Below are positions 1 to 9,448 of a stretch of 63,666 bases of DNA, in pieces. Made by a program: the position numbers and the translations under genes. The stretch's first letter is position 1, and every line of letters starts with the position of its first letter. The notes under the pieces were generated by a model. That model was not told where the DNA came from. It made no database searches and saw only the letters and a program-made list of their open reading frames with translations. Source of the DNA: an uncultured Clostridia bacterium. GTDB taxonomy: Bacteria > Bacillota > Clostridia > Oscillospirales > SIG627. Location of the stretch: assembly GCA_946645685.1 (NCBI GenBank), contig CAMPCJ010000002.1, forward strand, positions 1 to 63,666. Direction: 5' to 3'.

Positions 1-649
1 CGTCCAAAATCCCCGTTCTTGCATGGGGGTGATCGATGAATTTGGAGCAGTGATTGCCCATCACCGTAACGGCGTCGGCAATGCCGGGCAGGACGCTTTT
101 TCGTCCGCCGGAAAATCCCGCGAAAAAGTGAGGCTCGATGAATCCCTCTGCAACCAGCAAGGACGCATCGGCAGCCACTTTGTCGATGATGCAATCCGGT
201 CCGCTGGGAAGAGTCCCGATCTTCACGTTTTTGGATGGATCGTGGGCGTCGTGGACGACGATACGGTCTTGAAATTCGGCGTACAGATCATCGCCTAATT
301 TTTCCCGCAGTTCTTTTACGCTTGTGGGACGGTGAAAACCGGTCGCCACGAGAAGCGTGATCGCAATGTCCGGGCTGCCCTCTCTCAACTCTTCGATCAT
401 AGGCGGTAAAATGTCCTTGCTGGGCACGGGGCGCGTGTGATCGCTGATGATGATCACACAATCCTTTTTTCCGACAGCTAACTGAGCCAAGCGGGGAGAA
501 GCGATGGGACGCGCCATGGCTTCCCGAACGATTTTGATCCCGCTCCGTTTTTCTTCACTTATTTCAAGGGAAGGTTTCAGGATCGGCGTATCATCCGGTA
601 CAAACAGATCCTGGGTCGTTTTTCCGTAAAAGAAAGATACTTTTTTCAT
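1..649 (-). CDS. larA: LarA-like nickel-dependent lactate racemase, N-terminal part (C-terminus runs off the left window edge)
   Basis: Own reverse translation from ATG 649-647 gives MKKVSFFYGKTTQDLFVPDDTPILKP...KKDCVIIISDHTRPVP...LLVATGFHRP...EPHFFAGFSGGRKSVLPG. This is the typical LarA N-terminal (DUF2088) pattern. It is absent from the ORF track because no stop lies in the window. Confidence 0.7.
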   Translation of the reverse strand, partial: MKKVSFFYGKTTQDLFVPDDTPILKPSLEISEEKRSGIKIVREAMARPIASPRLAQLAVGKKDCVIIISDHTRPVPSKDILPPMIEELREGSPDIAITLLVATGFHRPTSVKELREKLGDDLYAEFQDRIVVHDAHDPSKNVKIGTLPSGPDCIIDKVAADASLLVAEGFIEPHFFAGFSGGRKSVLPGIADAVTVMGNHCSKFIDHPHARTGILD

Positions 650-766
650 AGCGTGTTCCTTTCTCAATCTTAACTCATTTTATCCAAAATGAACTAAAAA
701 AGCAATCTGTTTTCTTCGGATGAATCATCCCATTTTTGCTTATACTAAGAAAAAAGGAGGGATATC

Positions 767-1201
767 ATGATTGAAGAAGATACGATCAAATTGCTCAGAG
801 AATGTGACGCGGGCACAAAAATGGGCATTAAAAGCATCGAAGACGTTTGGGACCACGTTAAAAACGAAAAATTAAAAGAGGCTTTACAAAATACCCGACG
901 GGAGCATATCGACCTGGAAAAGGAGATCCATACAGCTCTGAATCGTTTTTCCGATCAGGGAAAGGATCCGAATCCCATGGCGGAAACCATGTCCTGGCTG
1001 AAAAGTAACGTTAAACTCGCCATGGACGGAGCGGACAGTACTGTGGCGGATCTGATGACGGAGGGGTGCAATATGGGCATCAAATCCCTCAGGAGATATA
1101 TGAATCAGTATACGGCGGCGGATGAAGACAGCAAGAGGATCGCTAACACCCTCATTTCTTCCGAGAAACGGCTGGTTGAAGCGGTCGCCGCTTATCTGTA
1201 A
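767..1201 (+). CDS. Hypothetical helical protein (four-helix-bundle / ferritin-like-looking)
   Basis: 144-aa ORF with RBS AAGGAGG 6 nt upstream. Helical, charged composition with no firm family motif. Followed directly by a hairpin terminator. Confidence 0.5.
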   Translation: MIEEDTIKLLRECDAGTKMGIKSIEDVWDHVKNEKLKEALQNTRREHIDLEKEIHTALNRFSDQGKDPNPMAETMSWLKSNVKLAMDGADSTVADLMTEGCNMGIKSLRRYMNQYTAADEDSKRIANTLISSEKRLVEAVAAYL

Positions 1202-1232
1202 AATGCGAGGCTTTTGCCTCGCATTATTCTTG
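1202..1232 (+). terminator. Hairpin terminator after the 767-1201 gene
   Basis: AATGCGAGGC-TTTT-GCCTCGCATT is a perfect 10-bp stem (1202-1225) right after the TAA stop. The T-tract is weak. Confidence 0.6.
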
Positions 1233-1258
1233 CATTCTTTTCAAGAAAGGAATATAAT
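1230..1258 (+). promoter_or_regulatory. Sigma-A type promoter for the FAD-dependent protein gene
   Basis: TTGCAT (1230-1235), 17-nt spacer, TATAAT (1253-1258), 25 nt upstream of the ATG at 1283. Confidence 0.6.
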
Positions 1259-1282
1259 TGAAAAAAACGATACGGAGTCGGC

Positions 1283-2884
1283 ATGAAACATTTTCGGATC
1301 AGCGGCATTCCTCTCGAATTGGATGAACCGGAAGCCGCGCTGTTAGATAAAGCCGCGAAAAAACTAAACACTTCCAAAGCTCAGATCCACTCTGTTTCTT
1401 TGTTTCGCAAAAGCGTTGACGCAAGAAAAGGGAGGGTGCGTTTTTCCTGCACGGTCGACGTTGCCGTCGATGGTTTTGTCTCAACGTCACCGCAGATCCG
1501 CGTGATCGATCCTGAGGAGAAGCTTGTCGTTCCGTTTCACGGTCCTGCTTCCAAAAGACCCGTCGTTGTCGGTTTTGGACCCGCCGGTATGTTTTGCGCC
1601 CTGGTTTTAGCAAGGGCGGGACTTTGCCCCCTGGTGCTGGAACGGGGAAAAAAGACGGAGGATCGCGTGAAGGACGTTGACCGTTTTTTCCGGACGGGCG
1701 ATCTTGACCCGGAATCCAACGTGCAATTCGGAGAAGGCGGCGCCGGCACGTTTTCCGACGGAAAGTTAAATACCCTTGTCCGTGATCGGGACGGTCTGGG
1801 GCGGTTTGTGCTGGAGACCTTTGTTTCTCACGGCGCGCCCGAGGAGATCCTTTGGCAAAACAAACCCCACGTGGGAACGGATTATCTTCGCAAAATCGTC
1901 ATGAACCTCAGACGGGAGATCGAAAAACTCGGCGGGGAAGTGGCGTTTGAAACTCGTTTTGTTAAGCCGATCATAGAGGGGGAAAGGCTTACCGGAGCGT
2001 TGATCCATTGTCCCGAAGGAGAACGTGTGATCGATTGCGACTCTGTTTTTCTGGCGCCCGGTCACAGCGCGAGAGACCTGTTCGTCAATTTGAGAGAAGC
2101 CGGCGTTCCTCTCGAGAAAAAGGTTTTCTCCGTAGGCGTTCGCATCGAACATAAACAGTCCTGGCTGGATCAAAAACAGTATGGGTCATTCGCAGGCCAT
2201 CCAAAGCTTCCGGCGGCGGATTATAAACTTGCCGTCCCTACAAAAACAGGGAAGACTCTTTATACCTTTTGTATGTGCCCGGGAGGCGTTGTGGTGCCTT
2301 CCACCGGGAACAGAAACGCCGTCGTTACCAACGGTATGAGCGCCTTCGCCAGAAACGAAGAAAATGCGAATGCCGCTTTGCTCGTCAGCCTTACGCCGGA
2401 AGAGATGCCGGGAGATCTGTTTGAGGGATTTTCCTTTCAGAAAAGGCTGGAGGAAGCGGCGTTTCAAATGGGAGGCGCCACCTACGCCGCTCCCGGACAA
2501 ACCGTTGGGGATTTTTTGAAAAATCAATCCTCCCGCTCTTTCTGTTCCGTCCGTCCCAGCTACGCCCTCGGCGTTGTCCCCGGAAATCTTTCGCCCTTGT
2601 TTCCTCCTTTGATCCATGAATCCATTCGCGACGGCATTTTATTGATGGATGAAAAACTTGCCGGGTTTGCCGATCCGGAGGCTGTCTTGACCGGACCCGA
2701 AACAAGATCCACCTGTCCGGTGAGGATCATAAGAGACGAGGGAAGACAAAGTGCCGTCGCCGGGATTTACCCCGTGGGAGAAGGCGCCGGATACGCCGGC
2801 GGTATCATGTCCGCCGCTATGGATGGGATCAAAAGCGCCTTTGCCTTTCTGAACGCTTTGAACGGACAGGATCAGAACGTGTGA
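1283..2884 (+). CDS. FAD-dependent dehydrogenase of the COG2509-like family (uncharacterised NAD(FAD)-utilising dehydrogenase)
   Basis: 533 aa. Dinucleotide fold VVVGFGPAGMFCALVLARAG. C-terminal GEGAGYAGGIMSAAMDG motif typical of this family. Confidence 0.75.
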   Translation: MKHFRISGIPLELDEPEAALLDKAAKKLNTSKAQIHSVSLFRKSVDARKGRVRFSCTVDVAVDGFVSTSPQIRVIDPEEKLVVPFHGPASKRPVVVGFGPAGMFCALVLARAGLCPLVLERGKKTEDRVKDVDRFFRTGDLDPESNVQFGEGGAGTFSDGKLNTLVRDRDGLGRFVLETFVSHGAPEEILWQNKPHVGTDYLRKIVMNLRREIEKLGGEVAFETRFVKPIIEGERLTGALIHCPEGERVIDCDSVFLAPGHSARDLFVNLREAGVPLEKKVFSVGVRIEHKQSWLDQKQYGSFAGHPKLPAADYKLAVPTKTGKTLYTFCMCPGGVVVPSTGNRNAVVTNGMSAFARNEENANAALLVSLTPEEMPGDLFEGFSFQKRLEEAAFQMGGATYAAPGQTVGDFLKNQSSRSFCSVRPSYALGVVPGNLSPLFPPLIHESIRDGILLMDEKLAGFADPEAVLTGPETRSTCPVRIIRDEGRQSAVAGIYPVGEGAGYAGGIMSAAMDGIKSAFAFLNALNGQDQNV

Positions 2885-2900
2885 CAAAGCGTTGTTTTCC

Positions 2901-2929
2901 TTGACTTGAAATCACCTCTATGATAAAAT
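2901..2929 (+). promoter_or_regulatory. Sigma-A type promoter (extended -10) for the large secreted protein gene
   Basis: TTGACT (2901-2906), 17-nt spacer, TGaTAAAAT (-10 at 2924-2929). This favours the internal ATG at 2982 as the start. Confidence 0.55.
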
Positions 2930-2981
2930 ATCCATATAAATGAATCCTTTGATCCATCTTATCGAAAGGTTTGGTACCGTT

Positions 2982-5900
2982 ATGACCAAGAACCTGAAAA
3001 AGGTCATTTCCATCTTGCTTTTATCATCACTGCTGATCTCGCTGATGCCGCTTTCCGTTTCGGCCGCGGACGTTTCAAGAGTCAGCGTGGATTTGTTTGC
3101 GCCGAACGGAAGCGACGTTGCTGAAGGGGAGTCGTTCACCATCGAAGTGAGCGTTTCTTCCAATATGGGCTTTAGCGCCTTGACGCTTTTGGTTGATTTT
3201 GATGACAGAGCGTTTGAGCTTACCGAAAAGCAAAACGGGGATCTTGTGCCGGATGAATACTTCGTCCCCAACGCATCGCTGGACAGCGGCGACGCCACTC
3301 TTGCTTTTCAGGATTTTCTTGCCCTTTCTGACTGGACCGGCGTTGGTACGCTGGCACGTTTGACCTTTTCGGTAAGACCCGGCGCATCTATCGGCGACCA
3401 CTATATTCGGGTCACGCCGGTTTTGAATACCGCGCTTTCTGTTTCGGGAAATTCCGTTATGGATGTCGACGCAAATAGAGCGTCGCTTTATATGTCCGTC
3501 ACATCCGCTCCGGCGTCCGAGGCTTCTTTGGATTTGTACGTATCCTCCGTCGGATCCTCCGACAACGACGGATTGAGCGTCGCCGCCCCCTTGAAATATC
3601 TCGATGAAGCGTTTTCGTATGTAAAAGAAAACAAGGACGTCTTGAACGGCAGGGACGTCGTCATTCATCTCTCGGGAAGAGTTTATACCAACGATCCAAG
3701 TCAGGATAACGGTATTTCCGCCATCGGTGACCCCGCGCTATCCAATCGCTTTACCATTACCAGCACGAATCTTTCATTGCCGGGCACTTTGATTCATTCC
3801 TACAATTACGGAAACACCGGCTTGACGGAAAACGGCATCATTCTTGAGAATGATTTTACGTTCCGGCACATCCGTTTCGCGTCATATCCCGTTTCCGATC
3901 CTCAAAACAGCGGCAAAATGAACGAAGAGCGGGCGTTTTATTGCAACGGGCACGATTTTACCATCGGTGAAAATTGCGATTTTACAAACGCGAACAACCT
4001 GCCGGTCTCCGCATCCGATTTTGTTTATGACGAATATGAATTGTACCCTGTTTTTTTCGACGATAACGAGGGCTCCACGGATCCGTCTTCTACGGAATAT
4101 GCCTTCCGCTATTCCGTTTACGGCGGAGGAGTTGATCCGGATACCGATATTACCGATGATTATAAAGTGTCCGTTTCTTCCGGCACGTTTTATCGAATCG
4201 CTCCGTTGATGACCTACGGGGGAAAAATCAGCGCGAAAAACGTGTCTTGCACCGTTTCGGGAAATACCGTCGTAACAGAGCGCCTGTATGCCGGCCCCTG
4301 CGCGGCGGGTGATCCTGCCGGCAACGCTTTCTCTCATCATTTGCCCCTTGCTTCAAACGTTGATATGACCATTTCCGGGAACTGCGTGATCGACACGTAT
4401 ATCGGCGGCGCGGGAGAATTTGCGGATAAAGATATGATCCTCACCGGAAACGTTGTGACAACGGTGAAGGATGATCCGACAATGAACCGTTACCTTGGCG
4501 GCGGGGATCTCGGCACCAGAACGGGATCTGTCACCAATATCATCCGGGGCGGTACCTTCCTTGATTTCTTTGCGGGCGGCGCCTGGGGAGATACAAAGGC
4601 GGCAAATAACGGCACCGTCGGAAACATCACTACGACGATCTTTGCCGGAGAATTCCATAACACCATTTACGGTGCCGGCTGCTACACGCCAACCGTCGGG
4701 AACGTAGAGCTTACCGTTACCGGTAACGGCGTCAACGGTTTGGACAACTGCACCAAGCTTTATAACCCCAATTCCGATGGAGGAAGAGCCCTTTACGGCG
4801 GCAGCCAAAAGACAGGCGGCACGATAACGGGTAATATCACCCTAACGCTCAGCGGGTGTTATCTGGACGCTTCCGTATATGCCGCCGGTGCAGCCCCGGT
4901 TCACGGAAACATTTACGTGAATAACTACGGCGCCTTGTTCAAATCCGGCAGAAGTATGTGGATGGGCAATACCAATACCGGATCCAGCGTCTACGGCGAC
5001 GTTCATTACAAGCAGACGGGCGGCACCGTTCCCGGTTCCTTCGGGTGTTCCGGCTTCAGCACCGTTGCGGGCGGCGGTAACGTTTTCGGCAATGCTTATA
5101 TGGATCTTTCCGGTGGTACCATCGGATCCTTTAAGCTCAATCCGTCCGGCACGTATCAGGATAAACCGCTTGTGGGCAAACTCAGCGGAAACAGCGTTCT
5201 GAACGTCGATATTTCTAAAAAGGACGTGAGCATAAACGGAATGCCCGCTTTTGACGGTCTTTTGATCGATCATTTTACAGGCGGAAGCGGTACCTTGACC
5301 GTGCCCGGCAACAAGTACGTGGTAGTCAATCATTTTTCCGGAAGCAAAGCGACGGTAAAAACCGGATCGTTTACCAACAGCGGTGCTTTTCTGACGATGC
5401 CGCAGGAGGATGTGAAAAAATACGTCGGCGGGATCAAAGTGCTGGTCGCAAACGCCTCTATCAACGACGCCGTTTCTGAATCCGGCAAAGAGCATATCTG
5501 GTATAAATCCGTTCCCGATAATCCCATTTTCGGTTTTACACTGCTGCCGGACGACAAAATCGCCATGCGCGTCATTTTCGACTCGAACGCTCCCACGTCA
5601 GACGGGCAGTATCAGTATTCCGTTGACGGCGGCAACACCTTTGAAACGGTCAGTTACGAGAAGAACGGGACTTTTGAGGGGATCAGCGGAAAAGCGGCAA
5701 GTTTTGTGATCCCCGCCATCGAGCCGACGCGTTTTAATGATACGATTTTGCTTCGCCCCAACAAATCTACCGCTCCGGTGCCGTACAGTATTGCCCGCGC
5801 CTGCGTGGACGTGGTTGACACAAGAAGCGGCGGCGCCTTTGTTTACGACGATGGTTTTCGTGATCTTGCTCAGTCCATTTTGAATTACGGAAACTGCGCT

Positions 5901-6413
5901 CGAAAATTCTTTGATTATAACGTTCGATCCCTCGCCTCTGCCGAATACGCCGTTCAGCTGGAAAGCTTTGATACTTGGGATGACGTCACTGCGGCAGGAA
6001 ACGCGGTTTCTGATCCTGTCTTCGTCCCCGTCGGCATTTCGCTTACTTTGGTCGATTCTATCCGGCTTAACGTGTGGTATCAAGTTGATAAGAACGTGGA
6101 TTTGTCAGCGTTTTCCGTCAAAGTGAACGGTACGGACGTATCGGCGACTCTCACCCGTCGGGACGATACATTCTGCACCATTGGCATCGAAGTCAGCGGT
6201 AAGGATATCACGGCGCCGTATACCGTTCAGGTCTTCAAAGGCAACGCGGCAAGTTCCAATACGCTTTTGTCCTCTGTCGGCTCCTATTGCCATATGATCC
6301 GGTCTATTTTAGATAACGGGCAGTCGCTCTCGGATCATGATCTTGCGCTTCTGGAGCTTTGCGGCAGCATCAGTACCATGTTCCATTATCGCAGCGCATA
6401 TTTTTCCATTTGA
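2982..6413 (+). CDS. Large secreted protein with N-terminal cohesin-like domain followed by Gly-rich beta-helix-like repeats
   Basis: Signal peptide MTKNLKKVISILLLSSLLISLMPLSVSAAD. Cohesin-like block VSVDLFAPNGSDVAEGESFTIEVSVSSNMGFSALTLLVDFDDRAFEL...GTLARLTFSVRPGASIGDHYIRV. Then many YGGG/FAGGAWGD/IYGAGCY/LYGGSQKTGG repeats. The ORF track starts at 2940, but the RBS and promoter favour 2982. Confidence 0.6.
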   Translation: MTKNLKKVISILLLSSLLISLMPLSVSAADVSRVSVDLFAPNGSDVAEGESFTIEVSVSSNMGFSALTLLVDFDDRAFELTEKQNGDLVPDEYFVPNASLDSGDATLAFQDFLALSDWTGVGTLARLTFSVRPGASIGDHYIRVTPVLNTALSVSGNSVMDVDANRASLYMSVTSAPASEASLDLYVSSVGSSDNDGLSVAAPLKYLDEAFSYVKENKDVLNGRDVVIHLSGRVYTNDPSQDNGISAIGDPALSNRFTITSTNLSLPGTLIHSYNYGNTGLTENGIILENDFTFRHIRFASYPVSDPQNSGKMNEERAFYCNGHDFTIGENCDFTNANNLPVSASDFVYDEYELYPVFFDDNEGSTDPSSTEYAFRYSVYGGGVDPDTDITDDYKVSVSSGTFYRIAPLMTYGGKISAKNVSCTVSGNTVVTERLYAGPCAAGDPAGNAFSHHLPLASNVDMTISGNCVIDTYIGGAGEFADKDMILTGNVVTTVKDDPTMNRYLGGGDLGTRTGSVTNIIRGGTFLDFFAGGAWGDTKAANNGTVGNITTTIFAGEFHNTIYGAGCYTPTVGNVELTVTGNGVNGLDNCTKLYNPNSDGGRALYGGSQKTGGTITGNITLTLSGCYLDASVYAAGAAPVHGNIYVNNYGALFKSGRSMWMGNTNTGSSVYGDVHYKQTGGTVPGSFGCSGFSTVAGGGNVFGNAYMDLSGGTIGSFKLNPSGTYQDKPLVGKLSGNSVLNVDISKKDVSINGMPAFDGLLIDHFTGGSGTLTVPGNKYVVVNHFSGSKATVKTGSFTNSGAFLTMPQEDVKKYVGGIKVLVANASINDAVSESGKEHIWYKSVPDNPIFGFTLLPDDKIAMRVIFDSNAPTSDGQYQYSVDGGNTFETVSYEKNGTFEGISGKAASFVIPAIEPTRFNDTILLRPNKSTAPVPYSIARACVDVVDTRSGGAFVYDDGFRDLAQSILNYGNCARKFFDYNVRSLASAEYAVQLESFDTWDDVTAAGNAVSDPVFVPVGISLTLVDSIRLNVWYQVDKNVDLSAFSVKVNGTDVSATLTRRDDTFCTIGIEVSGKDITAPYTVQVFKGNAASSNTLLSSVGSYCHMIRSILDNGQSLSDHDLALLELCGSISTMFHYRSAYFSI

Positions 6414-6424
6414 TATGATTTTGA

Positions 6425-6460
6425 CAGATCCTGCGGCAATTTTGCCGCAGGATCTGCTTT
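6425..6460 (+). terminator. Hairpin terminator after the large secreted protein gene
   Basis: CAGATCCTGCGGCA / TGCCGCAGGATCTG is a perfect 14-15-bp stem (6425-6456) followed by CTTT. Confidence 0.7.
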
Positions 6461-6494
6461 CATGTTACCATTTTCATAAAATTATGGGAAAGCC

Positions 6495-6523
6495 TTTACA
6501 AAACTCATTTTTTTCAGTAAAAT
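6495..6523 (+). promoter_or_regulatory. Sigma-A type promoter upstream of pyrH
   Basis: TTTACA (6495-6500), 17-nt spacer, TAAAAT (6518-6523). Confidence 0.5.
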
Positions 6524-6580
6524 AATGGATGATAAATCACTTGTATATGATTTGATTTTATACTGTTTGCGGAGGTTCTT

Positions 6581-7294
6581 ATGCCCATTGCTTATCGACG
6601 TATCTTATTGAAATTATCCGGTGAAGCGCTCTGTCAGGGAGCGAAGGACGGAGCTATTTACAACTATGAATTACTGAATGAGATTTGCGGTAAAGTTGCT
6701 CAATTGAACAAGCTCGGCGTGCAGATCGCCATCGTCGTCGGCGCCGGAAATATCTGGCGCGGTAAGCAGGGAACCGATTTCGAGCGGGTTCGCGCCGATC
6801 ACATGGGCATGCTCGCCACGACCATTAATGCCCTTGCCATTCAGGATGACCTGATCCGCCAGAACGTAGACGCCAGAGTGATGACCGCTGTTAAAATGGA
6901 AACCTTTGCCGAGCCCTATAACCACGATCGAGCCATGGAGCATCTGAATGCCGGGCGCGTGCTTGTTTTTGCTTGCGGAACGGGCAGTCCTTATTTTTCC
7001 ACCGATACGGGAGCCGCTCTCCGCGCGAGGGAGATCGACGCTGACGCCGTTTTGCTTGCCAAAAACATTGACGGGGTTTATACCGCCGATCCACGGAAGG
7101 ATCCCGCGGCAAAACTGATCCCTTCCATCACTTACACCGAAGTGATCGAAAAGAAATTGGCAGTTATGGACTTTACCGCCGTCAGCTTTTGTATGGAAAA
7201 CAAATTGCCCGTTTTGGTATTCGGGCTCAATGATCCGGAAAACATAATTCGGATCTGCAGCGGCGAAAAGATCGGCACTGTTGTCAGTGATTGA
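6581..7294 (+). CDS. pyrH: UMP kinase
   Basis: 237 aa. RILLKLSGEAL, VVGAGNIWRG, GTGSPYFSTDTGAALRA. Conserved pyrH-frr synteny. Confidence 0.92.
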   Translation: MPIAYRRILLKLSGEALCQGAKDGAIYNYELLNEICGKVAQLNKLGVQIAIVVGAGNIWRGKQGTDFERVRADHMGMLATTINALAIQDDLIRQNVDARVMTAVKMETFAEPYNHDRAMEHLNAGRVLVFACGTGSPYFSTDTGAALRAREIDADAVLLAKNIDGVYTADPRKDPAAKLIPSITYTEVIEKKLAVMDFTAVSFCMENKLPVLVFGLNDPENIIRICSGEKIGTVVSD

Positions 7295-7331
7295 TCCTTC
7301 CATAAATAACATTGAGAAAGGAACAGATAGT

Positions 7332-7886
7332 ATGAAACTGGACGTCTCTCTTTATGAAGAAAAAATGAAAAAATGCATCGCTGCCGTAGAGCGCGAATTC
7401 GGCACCGTTCGTGCCGGGAGAGCAAGCCCGACGGTTTTAGACCGGATCACGGTGGATTATTACGGCGCGCAGACCCCCATTCAGCAGCTTGCCCAGATCT
7501 CCACCCCGGAGCCCCGATTGCTGGTGGTTTCCCCCTGGGATCCCAAGTGCGTCAAGGAAATCGAAAAAGCCATTTTGGCTTCCGATTTAGGCATTACCCC
7601 TCAAAACGACGGTAAGACCATTCGCTTATCCTTCCCGCAGCCTACGGAGGAACGGCGCAAAGAATTGACCAAGCAGGTGTCCAAGATCGCCGAAGAGGGA
7701 AAGGTCGCCGTCCGCAACGTTCGCAGAGACGCGATGGATAAAATCAAGGCTATGAAAAAGAACGGCGAAATGACGGAAGATGAGCAGAAGATCTCAGAAG
7801 ATGAGGTGCAGGGTCTCGTCAACGATTACGTGAAAAAAATGGACGCCATTGCCGCCGATAAAAACAAGGAGATCATGTCCTTTTGA
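7332..7886 (+). CDS. frr: Ribosome recycling factor
   Basis: MKLDVSLYEEKMKK...RITVDYYG...IRLSFPQPTEERRKEL...VRNVRRDAMDK. The internal ATG at 7332 is preferred over the ORF-track start 7281, which overlaps pyrH. Confidence 0.92.
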   Translation: MKLDVSLYEEKMKKCIAAVEREFGTVRAGRASPTVLDRITVDYYGAQTPIQQLAQISTPEPRLLVVSPWDPKCVKEIEKAILASDLGITPQNDGKTIRLSFPQPTEERRKELTKQVSKIAEEGKVAVRNVRRDAMDKIKAMKKNGEMTEDEQKISEDEVQGLVNDYVKKMDAIAADKNKEIMSF

Positions 7887-8605
7887 TGAGTGAAAAGAAT
7901 ACCATACTGAAAGGCGGGGCTATGCCCCGCCATATCGGTATCATTATGGACGGAAACGGCCGCTGGGCAAAAAAGCGCGGACTGCCTCGCGTGGCGGGAC
8001 ATAAGGAAGGTGCCGAGAATTTTAAACGGATCGCGGAGCATCTTGTCGATCTGAACATTGAAGTGTCCACGTTTTACGCTTTTTCCACGGAAAATTGGAA
8101 AAGACCTGCCGCGGAGGTCAATAACATTATGTCACTGTTGGTGGATTACCTGGTAGAATGGCAGGGGATGCGCAAGGATAAAAATATGCGCTTCCGTTTC
8201 ATTGGCGACAGAAGCGCTTTTTCCGATCGCATCCAAAAGCTGATGGCTGACGTGGAAGAAAAGTCAAGCGTGTATTCAAATCAACTGAACCTTGCGTTGA
8301 ATTACGGTGCGCGTGATGAATTGGCACGCGCATTCAATCTGCTTTACGAGGAACATAAAAGCCCGATCACGCCGGATGATATTTCCCGGGCGCTCTACAC
8401 GAAAGATCAGCCGGATGTGGATCTGATCATTCGTACCGGCGGTGAAAAACGTTTATCCAATTTTTTGTTGTTTCAGTCCGCATACGCTGAACTGTTTTTT
8501 ACCGATAAGTATTGGCCTGATATCAAGAACGAAGATATTGATGAAGCGATCCTGTTTTTTCAAAACAAAGATCGCAGATTCGGAGGACTGACACAGGGGA
8601 GGTGA
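7886..8605 (+). CDS. uppS: Isoprenyl transferase (undecaprenyl-diphosphate synthase)
   Basis: HIGIIMDGNGRWAKKRG, RTGGEKRLSNFLLFQSAYAELFF. Its ATG overlaps the frr stop (TGATG). Confidence 0.92.
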   Translation: MSEKNTILKGGAMPRHIGIIMDGNGRWAKKRGLPRVAGHKEGAENFKRIAEHLVDLNIEVSTFYAFSTENWKRPAAEVNNIMSLLVDYLVEWQGMRKDKNMRFRFIGDRSAFSDRIQKLMADVEEKSSVYSNQLNLALNYGARDELARAFNLLYEEHKSPITPDDISRALYTKDQPDVDLIIRTGGEKRLSNFLLFQSAYAELFFTDKYWPDIKNEDIDEAILFFQNKDRRFGGLTQGR

Positions 8606-8611
8606 TTGATT

Positions 8612-9448
8612 ATGAAGCGAGTTATAACGGCATTGGTTGGCATTCTGATCCTTATTCCGGTTTGTATTTATTCTCATACATTGGTCTGGCCTCTGGTTAT
8701 GACCCTTTTGACGGAGATCGCAACCTTTGAGATCCTCCGATGCACCGGTGTATATAATAAGCCGTTATTTGCGATTCCGTTTTACGGGTTTGCGCTGTTG
8801 CCCACGGCAGTATGGATCTTTTCCGATCTGCATATCGCCATGACCCGTGTGATCGTTTCAGCGGTTTTTCTTCTGTTCCTGTGTGAGTTCATGTCCATTA
8901 TCTTCACCAGAGATACACTTAGCGGTGACATAGTCTACAGCTCCATCGCTCTGGTGATCTACGTTGTATTGGCCTTTACCGCGCTGATCATGTCTCGCAG
9001 GTTTTCGTATGGCGGATACATTTTCATTCTGGTTTTCCTCGGCGCCTGGGGCAGCGATACGTTTGCATTCCTCACCGGGAAACTCATCGGTAAACACAAG
9101 TTATGCCCGGAGATATCTCCGAAAAAAACCATTGAAGGCGCCATAGGCGGTATTATCGGTAACGCTTTGCTGTTCGCGTGCTATGCGCTTCTTTTGAACA
9201 ACGTGATCAAAACGGAAGTACATGCCGGTGTTTGGCAATTCGCCGTTTTAGGCTCTGTACTTTCCGTCATGGGGCAATTGGGGGATATGTTTGCCTCTTC
9301 CGTCAAGCGTAATTACGGCATCAAGGATTTTGGAAATGTTTTCCCGGGACATGGGGGCGTTCTGGATCGTTTTGATTCCAATCTCGGGATCTCCTGCGCT
9401 TTATTTTTGGTCTACAACGTATTTGGCAGCAGTTTTCTGATGGGATGA
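8612..9448 (+). CDS. cdsA: Phosphatidate cytidylyltransferase
   Basis: Polytopic membrane protein. SPKKTIEGAIGG and GDMFASSVKRNYGIKDFGNVFPGHGGVLDRFDS. RBS GGGAGGTG sits 7 nt before the ATG at 8612. Confidence 0.9.
   Translation: MKRVITALVGILILIPVCIYSHTLVWPLVMTLLTEIATFEILRCTGVYNKPLFAIPFYGFALLPTAVWIFSDLHIAMTRVIVSAVFLLFLCEFMSIIFTRDTLSGDIVYSSIALVIYVVLAFTALIMSRRFSYGGYIFILVFLGAWGSDTFAFLTGKLIGKHKLCPEISPKKTIEGAIGGIIGNALLFACYALLLNNVIKTEVHAGVWQFAVLGSVLSVMGQLGDMFASSVKRNYGIKDFGNVFPGHGGVLDRFDSNLGISCALFLVYNVFGSSFLMG

Noticed and set aside
23-298. 91-aa plus-strand ORF at the left edge.
   Set aside because: It lies antisense to the clearly LarA-like reading frame that runs off the window, and it has no RBS or motif.
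2940-2981. N-terminal extensions proposed by the ORF track. Examples are 2940, 7281, 23546, 27952, 27651, 34891, 35373, 37380, 38178, 55558, 59557 and 61634.
   Set aside because: In each case an internal start has a proper RBS and gives the conserved N-terminus or signal peptide. In addition, the extension often overlaps a promoter, a terminator or the neighbouring gene.
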